Of a stretch of DNA of 62,234 nucleotides, positions 37,656 to 46,621 are shown in pieces. Made by a program: the position numbers and the translations under genes. The stretch lies in NCBI GenBank assembly GCA_002427845.1, contig DIYZ01000279.1, forward strand, positions 1 to 62,234, written 5' to 3'. Under the pieces are notes generated by a model. That model was not told where the DNA came from, searched no databases, and was given only the letters and a program-made list of their open reading frames with translations. The stretch comes from Chloracidobacterium sp. UBA6041. GTDB taxonomy: Bacteria; Acidobacteriota; Blastocatellia; Pyrinomonadales; Pyrinomonadaceae. Each line of letters starts with the position of its first letter. The first letter of the stretch is position 1.

Positions 37656-37690
37656 GAATCGCAATTCGCAACTCCGAAATTTCAAACTAA
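37656..37690. repeat. degenerate 7-nt-periodic array abutting the cdaA start
   Basis: gaatcgc aattcgc aactccg aaatttc aaactaa cag ATG. Confidence 0.45.
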
Positions 37691-37693
37691 CAG

Positions 37694-38551
37694 ATGCTGT
37701 TACTACTGCCATACACGGAGTACCTGGGAAGGCTTAGTGAGCCGCGTAACGTCGCGGATGTCATTCTTGTCTTCTTGCTTGTGTATGCAGTTTTGAAACT
37801 TGTTCGGGGAACTCGGGCCGCTCCCATGGCCGCTGCGATCGGGGCCTTTGCCCTTCTGTACTGGCTCGCCGTCAAACAAGACCTGGCAACCCTGGCATTT
37901 ATCCTGCGCGGCGCCCTGCTCTACATTGGCGTCGCCATAATCGTTCTCTTCCAAAACGAAATCCGGCAGGCGCTGATTACATTCGGCAATCGATTTCGTT
38001 TGCCTTTCACGCAAAAGCACCTCGGCCAGTTTGGCGAAGGTGTGTATGACGAAATAATCCTCGCTGCCACGACCTTATCGTCCACCAAAACAGGCGCGCT
38101 AATCGTCATCGAGCGCAACATCGGGCTCAAAAACATAATTGATGGCGGCGTGAAATTGGATGCCGACCTCAGTTACGATCTTTTGATTAGTATCTTCAAT
38201 ACCGAGTCTCCGCTTCATGACGGCGCCGTTGTAGTTCGTCGTCATCGCGTCGCCGCGGCATCATGCTTTCTCCCGTTAACCTTGAATCCCCGCCTCTCGC
38301 GAGACCTGGGCACAAGGCACCGTGCAGCATTAGGCGTGACAGAAGATACTGACGCTGTGGCGGTGGTGGTTTCGGAGGAGTCCGGCTTAATCTCGATAGT
38401 TCAGCGCGGTGAAATAAGACGAGGCCTGGACGCGCCCAAACTTCGGGCCGCAATCTCCGCTGCTCTTGAAGTCTCGCCTAAGCGGGAAAAAACGAAACAG
38501 ATTGAAAAAGGCGAACCAGAGGTTGAAACTGAAGAAGTCGCCTCGGTCTGA
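37694..38551 (+). CDS. cdaA: diadenylate cyclase CdaA
   Basis: N-terminal TMs and a DAC domain with SPLHDGAVVV and LGTRHRAALG. Confidence 0.9.
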   Translation: MLLLLPYTEYLGRLSEPRNVADVILVFLLVYAVLKLVRGTRAAPMAAAIGAFALLYWLAVKQDLATLAFILRGALLYIGVAIIVLFQNEIRQALITFGNRFRLPFTQKHLGQFGEGVYDEIILAATTLSSTKTGALIVIERNIGLKNIIDGGVKLDADLSYDLLISIFNTESPLHDGAVVVRRHRVAAASCFLPLTLNPRLSRDLGTRHRAALGVTEDTDAVAVVVSEESGLISIVQRGEIRRGLDAPKLRAAISAALEVSPKREKTKQIEKGEPEVETEEVASV

Positions 38552-38567
38552 ACTAACCTGGGATTTT

Positions 38568-38618
38568 CGATCTGAAATCTGAAGTCTGAGGTTTGAGATC
38601 TGGATCTGAAATCTAAAG
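38568..38618. repeat. heptamer array NATCTGA x7 filling the cdaA-cdaR spacer
   Basis: cgatctg aaatctg aagtctg aggtttg agatctg gatctg aaatcta aag ATG. TGA/TAA at 38573, 38580, 38587, 38594, 38607 and 38614 cover all three frames. Confidence 0.85.
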
Positions 38619-39431
38619 ATGCCCTTTCAAGACATAGAAGATACCGCCGCGACGCCGATACCTCGTTCGCCAACTCGCTTTGAGCGATGGTTGCGCAAAA
38701 TATTTCTTGAGGATTGGAGCCTAAAACTTCTCGCGCTTTCCATAACAGTCGTCCTCTGGCTGGCAGTCACCGGTCAAAATCAACCAGTGACGATGCGTGT
38801 TTCGGGTGTTCAACTCAATTTTCTGAAGCATGAAGGACTGGAAATAAGTAACGAGGTTCCCAGCACTGTGGAAGTGACACTCACCGGAAGCCCCGGGAAA
38901 CTTGATCAACTGGGACGCGGCTTAGTGGCCACCGTCGATGTTAGCGATCAGAAAGCGGGAGAAAGAGTCATTAGGTTGTCGCTTGACCGGGTGAAAATGG
39001 CGCTGCCGGACGGAGTGAAAATCCAAAGTTTCCAGCCGGCCACCATTCCCATACGCCTTGAGCCGAACATCGAAACACAAGTCGATGTCGAGGTTAAGTT
39101 TGAAGGTAAATTGCCCGACGATTATGAGGTGGTAGCCGTCAGAGCAAATCCGAGTAAGGTTAGGTTGCGGGGTCCCTCTGATCGCCTGGGTTCGTTACAT
39201 AAAGCGATGACCGAGACCGTTTGGTTGGATGGCAAAAGAGAAAGCTTCAGCCTCTCTCAAGTTGCAATTAATATTCCTGATCCAAAGATCGATATCCTCG
39301 ACCCTACTGTGGACGTTTACGTGGAGATCGCGGAGAAGAAACGCAACGAGATCCATATCGGATTGGACACGCCCGAAGGATCATCCTACATAGCCAGCAT
39401 CATGGTGCTCTTACCCGCTCATCATCAGTAA
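38619..39431 (+). CDS. cdaR: CdaR (YbbR-like domain) c-di-AMP cyclase regulator
   Basis: The N-terminal TM (LKLLALSITVVLWLAV), repeated YbbR-like beta modules and the position between cdaA and glmM all fit CdaR. Confidence 0.75.
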   Translation: MPFQDIEDTAATPIPRSPTRFERWLRKIFLEDWSLKLLALSITVVLWLAVTGQNQPVTMRVSGVQLNFLKHEGLEISNEVPSTVEVTLTGSPGKLDQLGRGLVATVDVSDQKAGERVIRLSLDRVKMALPDGVKIQSFQPATIPIRLEPNIETQVDVEVKFEGKLPDDYEVVAVRANPSKVRLRGPSDRLGSLHKAMTETVWLDGKRESFSLSQVAINIPDPKIDILDPTVDVYVEIAEKKRNEIHIGLDTPEGSSYIASIMVLLPAHHQ

Positions 39432-39462
39432 AGCTGCGACACTTGGGGTCGTCCAATTTTCG

Positions 39463-40836
39463 ATGAAGAAACTTTTCGGCACGGATGGCATGCGCGGTGA
39501 AGCGGGAAAGTTTCCGCTGGATGCGTTAACTATTGAGATTGTAGGAGCCTCGCTTGCAACACATCTTAAGGAGAAATTGGAACGCACTCCACTAATCTTA
39601 ATCGGTAGAGACACGCGCGAGTCGGGCGATTGGCTGGAGCAGGCGTTGGTGCTGGGTGCAGCGACGGCCGGCGCTGACTCGAAATCAGCCGGCGTGATAA
39701 CGACTCCCGGCGTTGCTTTCCTGGCTCGTACGCTGCCTGCCGACGCAGGAGTCGTGATAAGCGCGTCTCACAATGCTTACCAGGACAACGGTATAAAGAT
39801 CTTCGCCCCTTCCGGACGGAAGCTCGACGAAGAGACTGAACGACTAATAGAAAGCGATGTTTTTTCCGCATATCAGTTCAAACGAAGCATAACTCCAAAC
39901 CCAACGACTGCTAACGAAGTCACCAGTAACAGCAATGAAGACGCAGTCGAGCTCAAAGCACGTTACTTAAAGTTTCTGGCGAGCGAAATCGGCCAGGGCA
40001 TGTCGCTACGCGGGATCAGTCTTGTCCTTGATTGTGCGAACGGCGCTGCATCAAGTCTCGCGCCGGAATTGTTTGAACAACTGGGTGCCGATGTCACCAC
40101 AATTAACAACAGTCCTGATGGTCGCAACATAAATCTCGATTGCGGTTCACTTCATACTGAAGAGCTTCAGCGTGAAGTGCTCAAGCAAAATGCGGCTCTC
40201 GGCGTCGCCTTCGATGGCGATGCCGATCGCGCGTTGTTTGTTGACTCGAAGGGTCGATTAACAAACGGTGATGCTACGCTCTGGGTTCTTGCTAAGTATA
40301 TGCACGCTCGCCGTCAATTGGAGCACGAGACAGTTGTGGCGACGGTGATGAGCAATATTGGTTTGGAGATCGCCTTGAAGTCGCTGGGAATAGATCTAGT
40401 GCGGACGGACGTTGGCGATAAATATGTATTGGACGAGCTATTGCGTCTGGGCGCCAGTCTCGGAGGGGAACAATCGGGACATATTATCTTCCCAAAGTTG
40501 AGCCTTGCTGGAGATGGGATGATCACTACGCTCGGCCTACTGCGGGCCATTACGGAAGAAGGCGAACCTCTCGAAAAACTGTGTCGAGGTTTTCAGACTT
40601 TGCCGCAGATTTTAGTGAACGTCCAGGTCAAGGTGAAGCAGCCATTCGCCGAAATACCCTCGATCCAAAGCGCCGCCAAGGACGTCGAAGGTCAACTCGG
40701 CTCCCGGGGAAGATTGCTGCTACGCTATTCCGGCACTGAACCGCTAGCGCGCGTGATGATCGAAGGTGAAAGCCAGGCCGAGATTGAAGAACATGCAAAC
40801 AAACTTGCAAGCTTGATAAGAAAAACGCTGGGATAG
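39463..40836 (+). CDS. glmM: phosphoglucosamine mutase
   Basis: MKKLFGTDGMRG, active-site SASHNAYQDNGIK, FDGDADR, GGEQSGH. Confidence 0.95.
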   Translation: MKKLFGTDGMRGEAGKFPLDALTIEIVGASLATHLKEKLERTPLILIGRDTRESGDWLEQALVLGAATAGADSKSAGVITTPGVAFLARTLPADAGVVISASHNAYQDNGIKIFAPSGRKLDEETERLIESDVFSAYQFKRSITPNPTTANEVTSNSNEDAVELKARYLKFLASEIGQGMSLRGISLVLDCANGAASSLAPELFEQLGADVTTINNSPDGRNINLDCGSLHTEELQREVLKQNAALGVAFDGDADRALFVDSKGRLTNGDATLWVLAKYMHARRQLEHETVVATVMSNIGLEIALKSLGIDLVRTDVGDKYVLDELLRLGASLGGEQSGHIIFPKLSLAGDGMITTLGLLRAITEEGEPLEKLCRGFQTLPQILVNVQVKVKQPFAEIPSIQSAAKDVEGQLGSRGRLLLRYSGTEPLARVMIEGESQAEIEEHANKLASLIRKTLG

Positions 40837-40990
40837 TTTAGGTTAATTCAGCGAGGATATTTTACGCGCAAGATCTGCAAATATTACACTGGTCACGCGC
40901 GCTGGTGGGCGGACTGCTTGTACCCGCAACCGGACTTCTGTCAAGAATTATGGGTTATTTCCACCCCAGTTTTCTCCTCCTAAAAGTCTC

Positions 40991-41020
40991 TTGCGCGGCA
41001 TAAGCGTTGCGATGTATATT
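40991..41020 (+). promoter_or_regulatory. candidate promoter TTGCGC-N18-TATATT
   Basis: ttgcgc at 40991-40996 and tatatt at 41015-41020. Confidence 0.3.
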
Positions 41021-41026
41021 GTGGGG

Positions 41027-41141
41027 CAAGAGAGACGGTTGGTGAATCCTCCGTCTCAAGTGGTTGCTGGGGTGAGGACAGTGACCACGAATATGAATGG
41101 GCGCGACGCACTCCCACGTTTGTCGCGCCCATTCGCTTTTT
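41027..41141 (+). ncRNA. candidate small RNA (~115 nt, three stem-loops)
   Basis: Lies between the candidate promoter and an intrinsic terminator. Stems are gagacgg/ccgtctc (41032-41057), gtggt/accac (41060-41088) and the terminator stem. No convincing ORF and no Rfam family recognised by eye. Confidence 0.3.
41096..41141 (+). terminator. intrinsic terminator
   Basis: 12-bp stem aatgggcgcgac / gtcgcgcccatt with a 14-nt loop, followed by cgcttttt. Confidence 0.6.
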
Positions 41142-41308
41142 CCGCAAGACTCTTCAACTCGAACTTACTATCCAACCGCTCCATGCTTAACGTGCCCGCA
41201 TTAAGCTCATGCCTCTCGCTAGAGTGCACGCTTGCTGGAACTGCATTACACTCAACCAGTAAATTCTGTGCTTGCAACCCTGAGATTCTGTGAGAGGAAG
41301 TTTGGACA

Positions 41309-42439
41309 TTGCCGCGCCTACAAGTTCGAACAAAAACGCGACAACACGAATACAAGATCGCAATTGGCCGCGGAATTCTGTCCGGTGCCGGAAAAGCCGC
41401 GCGTGAACGTTTCGGCTCGCCGTCACAGCGCATTGCTGTCATCTCAAACAGGAAAGTTTTCTCTCTTTATGGGCCGGTTCTTTTAAGAAGTCTTCAGTCC
41501 AGCGGTTTCGCTACGCCGCATTGGTTAATGCGTGATGGTGAACGTTACAAGTCGATTCAGACGGCTGAAGAAGCTTTGAATTTTCTTAGTAAAAACGGTA
41601 TCGAACGAGGTGATGCACTGATCGCTATGGGTGGAGGAGTCGTTGGTGACCTGGCAGGTTTCGTCGCGGCTACTTATCTGCGGGGCATTCCCTTTATCCA
41701 AGTTCCTACGACACTGCTCGCGCAAATCGATTCATCGGTGGGCGGCAAAACGGGTGTGAATCTGCCGACAGGAAAGAATCTAGTTGGATGTTTTCATCAA
41801 CCGGACGCAGTCATCGTAGACATCGAAACGCTGACTACGTTGCCGCCGCGCGAGCTTGTTGCCGGATGGTGCGAAACAATCAAACAAGGAGCTGTAGGAA
41901 GTATGGAGTTATTCAACCAAACAACTGCGTTGCTGGGCAAAATCGATTCCAGAAACGTTCTGATTTCCTCCAAAATGGAAAAACTCGTTGCCGCGCACTG
42001 TGCTTTCAAAGCTTCAATTGTGGCAGCGGACGAACGTGAGAATGTCGCGCGTCGCGATCGCCGTTCACGCCGGATTTTAAACTTTGGTCACACCATCGGT
42101 CACGCACTGGAAGCAGTCACCAGCTACCGGCGGTTTCGGCACGGCGAAGCTGTGGGCCACGGAATATTGGTAGCGGGAGAGCTGTCGAAAAACATGGGTT
42201 TGTTGGACGAATCAGAGTTAGAATTGCTTCGCCACGGAGTGAGCCTTTGTGGGCCACTTCCATCAGCCAAAGACTTGGACGAGACTGCGATACTTAATGC
42301 AATTGCACGGGACAAGAAGCGAGCAAGAGGATACATCCAATGGGTCTTGCTCGAAGGGATCGGGCAACCGACGATCGTAGATGGAAAAGAGATTGGCCAA
42401 AATCTGTTGAAGCAATCAGTGCGCAACTCCTTGCGATGA
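41309..42439 (+). CDS. aroB: 3-dehydroquinate synthase
   Basis: GGGVVGDLAGFVAATYLRGIPFIQVPTTLLAQIDSSVGGKTGVN and NFGHTIGHALE. TTG start. Confidence 0.9.
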   Translation: MPRLQVRTKTRQHEYKIAIGRGILSGAGKAARERFGSPSQRIAVISNRKVFSLYGPVLLRSLQSSGFATPHWLMRDGERYKSIQTAEEALNFLSKNGIERGDALIAMGGGVVGDLAGFVAATYLRGIPFIQVPTTLLAQIDSSVGGKTGVNLPTGKNLVGCFHQPDAVIVDIETLTTLPPRELVAGWCETIKQGAVGSMELFNQTTALLGKIDSRNVLISSKMEKLVAAHCAFKASIVAADERENVARRDRRSRRILNFGHTIGHALEAVTSYRRFRHGEAVGHGILVAGELSKNMGLLDESELELLRHGVSLCGPLPSAKDLDETAILNAIARDKKRARGYIQWVLLEGIGQPTIVDGKEIGQNLLKQSVRNSLR

Positions 42440-42852
42440 AATTTAGTCCGCTACGTCAAGAAGTGCCGATGAGCCCGGTAACAAAACCGAGTGAGCGCGG
42501 AAGCGCACGCCTCAAATTTTTAGTTGTTGTCGCGATTATTGCCAGTGTTGCTTACGCCGGATATCTCTACATTCCGGTCGCCTATCAAGCATATCTCTTC
42601 AAAGATTTGATGCAACACGACGTCGATGTGGCAGCAACTCAGGGATATCCCGCGTCATGGGTAAAAGATCAACTGACAAAAGCTGCCCCAGAATATGGTG
42701 TTCCACCCGATGCAGTGATTGCGCCGACGCAACGCGAGAATCGCGTTGAAGTGACGGTCCAGTTTGTACGCCCGATTGAGTTTTCCGGTTACACCTACCA
42801 ATATGATTTCGATCATACCGCCAAGAGTTCATCTTTCCTGGCGTTTAAGTAA
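42436..42852 (+). CDS. membrane-anchored hypothetical protein
   Basis: ATG overlaps the aroB stop (ATGA). It has a single TM (LKFLVVVAIIASVAYAGYLYI). The ORF-track N-terminus from 42340 lies inside aroB. Confidence 0.55.
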   Translation: MKFSPLRQEVPMSPVTKPSERGSARLKFLVVVAIIASVAYAGYLYIPVAYQAYLFKDLMQHDVDVAATQGYPASWVKDQLTKAAPEYGVPPDAVIAPTQRENRVEVTVQFVRPIEFSGYTYQYDFDHTAKSSSFLAFK

Positions 42853-42924
42853 TTAGGTCTTGCGCAAGAAAAATGGGACGCCGAACCGACAAGTCTCTGC
42901 GCCCCATAACTACCTTGAACCAAG

Positions 42925-44658
42925 CTATCGCTGTGTATTGTCCAGAAATGCTTTGAGCTTGCGCGAGCGAGAAGGGTGACGTAATTTGCGCAGCGCTTTT
43001 GCCTCGATTTGACGGATACGCTCGCGAGTGACTGCGAAGTGCTGGCCAACTTCCTCCAGCGTGTGCTCTGACCCGGTGTTCCCGAGACCAAAGCGCATCT
43101 TGATGACTTTCTCTTCACGCGGCGTTAGCGTGGCCAAAACCTCGTCGGTGATTTCGCGCAGATTAGAAGCAACCACCGCGTCCGCCGGGTTTAGTATAGA
43201 CTTGTCTTCGATAAAGTCGCCAAGATGCGAATCTTCTTCTTCACCAATCGGCGTCTCCAGCGAGATGGGTTCCTGCGCGATCTTCAGAACCTTGCGAACT
43301 TTCGACACAGGAATGTCCATTTTCCTGGCAATCTCTTCGCTCGTCGGTTCCCGGCCCAGCTCCTGCACGAGCGCACGCGACGTGCGAATTAGCTTGTTGA
43401 TGGTTTCAATCATGTGCACGGGAATGCGAATAGTGCGAGCTTGATCGGCAATCGCCCGCGTAATTGCCTGCCGAATCCACCAGGTGGCGTAGGTGGAAAA
43501 CTTGTAACCGCGCCGCCATTCAAACTTGTCGACCGCTTTCATCAAACCAATGTTGCCTTCCTGAATCAGATCCAGAAACTGAAGACCTCGATTTGTGTAC
43601 TTCTTGGCGATCGATACCACCAGGCGCAAATTTGCTTCGACAAGTTCACGCTTCGCCTGCCCCGTCTGTTGTTCACCTATGACAATTGCCTGCAGCGCGC
43701 GCTTGATTTCAACAGGACTAATATTGTGGTCAACGTCAACCTGCTGTAGCCGTTTACGGGCAGCCGAAACCCGCCGCTTATATTCCTTTTGATCGTCGAC
43801 TTTGATCCGTTTCCGGTTGAGCTTTTCAGTAAAACTGTCTATCTCGCGCTCAGCCTCGCGCACTTCTTTTTGCACGGACCGTATTGAGTTGATCAAACGT
43901 TGGCGTGCGCGCTCGGTAACGTTTAGCCGGCCAATCTCCTGGGCAATCTCCAGCCGCAGCCGCGCAACTTTCCGGCGCAGCCGCGTGAGCTTTTTGCTCT
44001 TTTTGCCGCGCGTCGCTTTCTGCTCGTCCCGAAGTTTCTCCCATTCTTTCAGTGCTTGCTTGAAAACCTTGCGAATGTTTTGAATTCCTTCGACGGTCCA
44101 GGCACGATACTCCTCAGCCTTGTCTTTATCTTCATCGCCGGTTAGTTCAGCCTGTTCGGCAAAGATAACGATCTCGCGAATGTTCGCAGTGCCCGCCTCA
44201 AGCTCATCGCCAATTCTTATGAGTTCCTTGACTGCAATTGGTGATCGGGCAATTGCCTTTTGAGTTTTGAGTTGTCCACGTTCGATTCGCTTTGCAATAG
44301 CCACTTCGCCTTCGCGCGTTAGCAAGGGAACGACTCCCATCTCGCGCAGATAAAGCCGAACCGGATCGTTGGTTTTCTCGAGGGCGCCGGCAGAGAGGTC
44401 GAGTTCCACCTCCTCCTCGCTGCCTTCCTCGTCATCAACCACAACCACGGCCGCCTGTTCCAGCAATCTTTCGTCCGAGTCAGCAACGGGGATGTTTGAA
44501 CCTTCGAGTTTTTGCAGGACGTCTTCAATGTCGTCAGGAGAAACGACATTGTCAGGTAGCTCGCGATTCAAATCGTCGAACGTGAGATATTTCTTGTCGC
44601 CACCCAACTCCAGCAGGCGCTCCATTACATCGTCACGATCTTTGTCCTCAATAGTCAC
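42925..44658 (-). CDS. rpoD: RNA polymerase sigma factor RpoD
   Basis: Regions 1.1 to 4 are present: acidic N-terminus, [61 protein letters not shown]. Confidence 0.95.
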   Translation of the reverse strand: MTIEDKDRDDVMERLLELGGDKKYLTFDDLNRELPDNVVSPDDIEDVLQKLEGSNIPVADSDERLLEQAAVVVVDDEEGSEEEVELDLSAGALEKTNDPVRLYLREMGVVPLLTREGEVAIAKRIERGQLKTQKAIARSPIAVKELIRIGDELEAGTANIREIVIFAEQAELTGDEDKDKAEEYRAWTVEGIQNIRKVFKQALKEWEKLRDEQKATRGKKSKKLTRLRRKVARLRLEIAQEIGRLNVTERARQRLINSIRSVQKEVREAEREIDSFTEKLNRKRIKVDDQKEYKRRVSAARKRLQQVDVDHNISPVEIKRALQAIVIGEQQTGQAKRELVEANLRLVVSIAKKYTNRGLQFLDLIQEGNIGLMKAVDKFEWRRGYKFSTYATWWIRQAITRAIADQARTIRIPVHMIETINKLIRTSRALVQELGREPTSEEIARKMDIPVSKVRKVLKIAQEPISLETPIGEEEDSHLGDFIEDKSILNPADAVVASNLREITDEVLATLTPREEKVIKMRFGLGNTGSEHTLEEVGQHFAVTRERIRQIEAKALRKLRHPSRSRKLKAFLDNTQR

Positions 44659-44782
44659 TACTCTCTGCTCCGTACTTCAGATCCGAACTGTGCGCTGGTG
44701 AGAAAATCCAGTTTTGGCAGCGACCGCATTAGGAACTTCCGGAGAACGATGCCCCTGTCGGTAACCCCTAAGGTGAGACCGA

Positions 44783-46609
44783 CTATGAAGGTCCGGTTTG
44801 CATTGCTTCCGCTTTTGGCAACAAAGCGCTTCTAAGCCTTGCAAGCTCAAGGTGCTCAGTGGAGAGTTGATCGCGACGCTCCACTTCGCCATTTCGCTCT
44901 GCGGCGGCGATTTCCGAGGTTAAGTCGCTGATGAGGCGATCGACTTTCATCAATCGTAACGCGTCGAGGCACCGTTCGGCAGCTAACTGCCGCGCGCTGA
45001 ATTGCCCTTCTTCGCTTTCATCAAACTCGATCATTAGCAGACTGGGCAAAAGATCAGAAACTGGGTTCCCTTCCGTTCTCTGGCTCAGGAAGTCGAAGTT
45101 AATCGTGGCGCCTTCACGCTCACCATCGATCAAAGCGCGGAAAATAGGCGCGGTTGCCAGGTCGTCGTAATCGCCGGGTTCTAGTTTTGGCAAAACACCG
45201 TGGCGTAACTCGGCATCGGCCAGCAACAACTCCAGCAGACGCTGTTCCGCTACTGTCGGCTTAACCATCCGCATACTGACAGGTTGCGCGACGCGCGAGC
45301 CATCAGCGGCACCCACTCTAATTGATTGCCATAATTCTCGCCGTAACGTCGCGTCGCCTATTCGCAGAGAGTCCATCGCAATATCGAAATACTCGCGCTT
45401 CTGAATGCGACTGCGGACCGCGCGAATGTACGGCAGCACCTCATCAATCGCTGCCTCTTTATCGGCCGGATTGCTGAGCTTGCGATTCCGCACAGCCTGA
45501 TCGATCACAAATTGTATGTGGGGTTGTGCCTCGCCACGTTGCCGTCCGTATTCACTAGCGCCGGACTTCCTGATGAACTCATCCGGATCAGAGTTATCCG
45601 GCAGCACCAGGATTTTAACTTCGATATCTTCCGCGAGAAGTATTTCAATCGCCTTTTTTGCTGCCTGCACACCCGCGTTATCGCCATCATAATTGACCAC
45701 GACTTTGCGGGCAAATCGCCCTAATAATCCGGCCTGTTCAGGCGTCAGGGCGGTTCCTAAACTCGCCACGACGTTCCGAATTCCGAATTGATACGGCACT
45801 ATAAGATCCAGAAAACCCTCTACCAGAATGGCGAACCCGTCGCGTCGAATTTCATCACGGGTCAGATGAAGACCAAACAGATTTCGCCCCTTAACATAAG
45901 CTGCTGTTTCCGGCGAGTTAATATATTTGGCGTCTTCATTCCGCAGCGTGCGCCCGCCAAAGGCGATCGGCTTTCGCTGAATATCTAACACCGGAAAAAT
46001 TAGCCGGCCGCGGAAACGATCGTAAGAACCGCCTTCTTCTTTTTTGACGACGAGCCCACTCCGTTCAATTTGTTCCTGACTCGCGCCCTTCTGTCTGAGA
46101 TGGATAGAAAGCGCGTCCCAACTATCAGGCGCGTAGCCGAGTCGAAAGGTCTTGCGTGTTTCTTCTGTAATCTCGCGTTGAAGCAAATAATCACGAGCGA
46201 CGCGAGCTTCCCCGCTCGACTCGAGCTGCTGCTCCCACCATTCCAGCGCCCACTTGTTAAGCTCAATAACTTCGTCAGCTTCATGACGTTTCGCTTCGAA
46301 GCGACTGTCGTCGATCAACTTCGGTAAAGGCACGCCCGACTTTTCCGCCACCAGCTTGATGGCTTCAGGAAAAGATACGCGCTCCATCTCCATTACAAAG
46401 TTGAAGACCGATCCGCCCTTGTGGCAACCAAAGCAGTAGAAGATCTCCTTTGCCGGACTGACGGAAAACGACGGCGTCTTCTCCTTGTGAAAGGGACAGC
46501 ACGCCATCCAATTCGCGCCCTTCTTTTTTAGCTGGACGTAGTCCTGTACGACGCGCACGATGTCAGCCTGGCGCTTGAGGTCGTCGATGAATGTTTGTGG
46601 ATAGCGCAT
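44783..46609 (-). CDS. dnaG: DNA primase
   Basis: Zinc ribbon CPFHKEKTPSFSVS..YCFGCHKGG and Toprim LVEGFLDLI..NYDGDNAG. Confidence 0.95.
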   Translation of the reverse strand: MRYPQTFIDDLKRQADIVRVVQDYVQLKKKGANWMACCPFHKEKTPSFSVSPAKEIFYCFGCHKGGSVFNFVMEMERVSFPEAIKLVAEKSGVPLPKLIDDSRFEAKRHEADEVIELNKWALEWWEQQLESSGEARVARDYLLQREITEETRKTFRLGYAPDSWDALSIHLRQKGASQEQIERSGLVVKKEEGGSYDRFRGRLIFPVLDIQRKPIAFGGRTLRNEDAKYINSPETAAYVKGRNLFGLHLTRDEIRRDGFAILVEGFLDLIVPYQFGIRNVVASLGTALTPEQAGLLGRFARKVVVNYDGDNAGVQAAKKAIEILLAEDIEVKILVLPDNSDPDEFIRKSGASEYGRQRGEAQPHIQFVIDQAVRNRKLSNPADKEAAIDEVLPYIRAVRSRIQKREYFDIAMDSLRIGDATLRRELWQSIRVGAADGSRVAQPVSMRMVKPTVAEQRLLELLLADAELRHGVLPKLEPGDYDDLATAPIFRALIDGEREGATINFDFLSQRTEGNPVSDLLPSLLMIEFDESEEGQFSARQLAAERCLDALRLMKVDRLISDLTSEIAAAERNGEVERRDQLSTEHLELARLRSALLPKAEAMQTGPS

Positions 46610-46621
46610 TTGGAATCTCGC

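Noticed and set aside
38568-38618. Whether the tandem arrays (this one and the others) could be CRISPR arrays.
   Set aside because: The units are 7 nt with no unique spacers, and no cas genes are present. These are simple tandem repeats, not CRISPR.
40991-41442. ORFs of 100 aa (plus strand) and 128 aa (minus strand) in the glmM-aroB gap.
   Set aside because: They overlap each other and the aroB start, have noise-like composition, and the region is better explained by a promoter/terminator unit (candidate sRNA).
42853-42924. The palindrome tcttgcgcaaga between the small membrane protein gene and the rpoD stop, considered as a terminator.
   Set aside because: The loop would be only 2 nt and the stem 5 bp. 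That is not a credible hairpin terminator.
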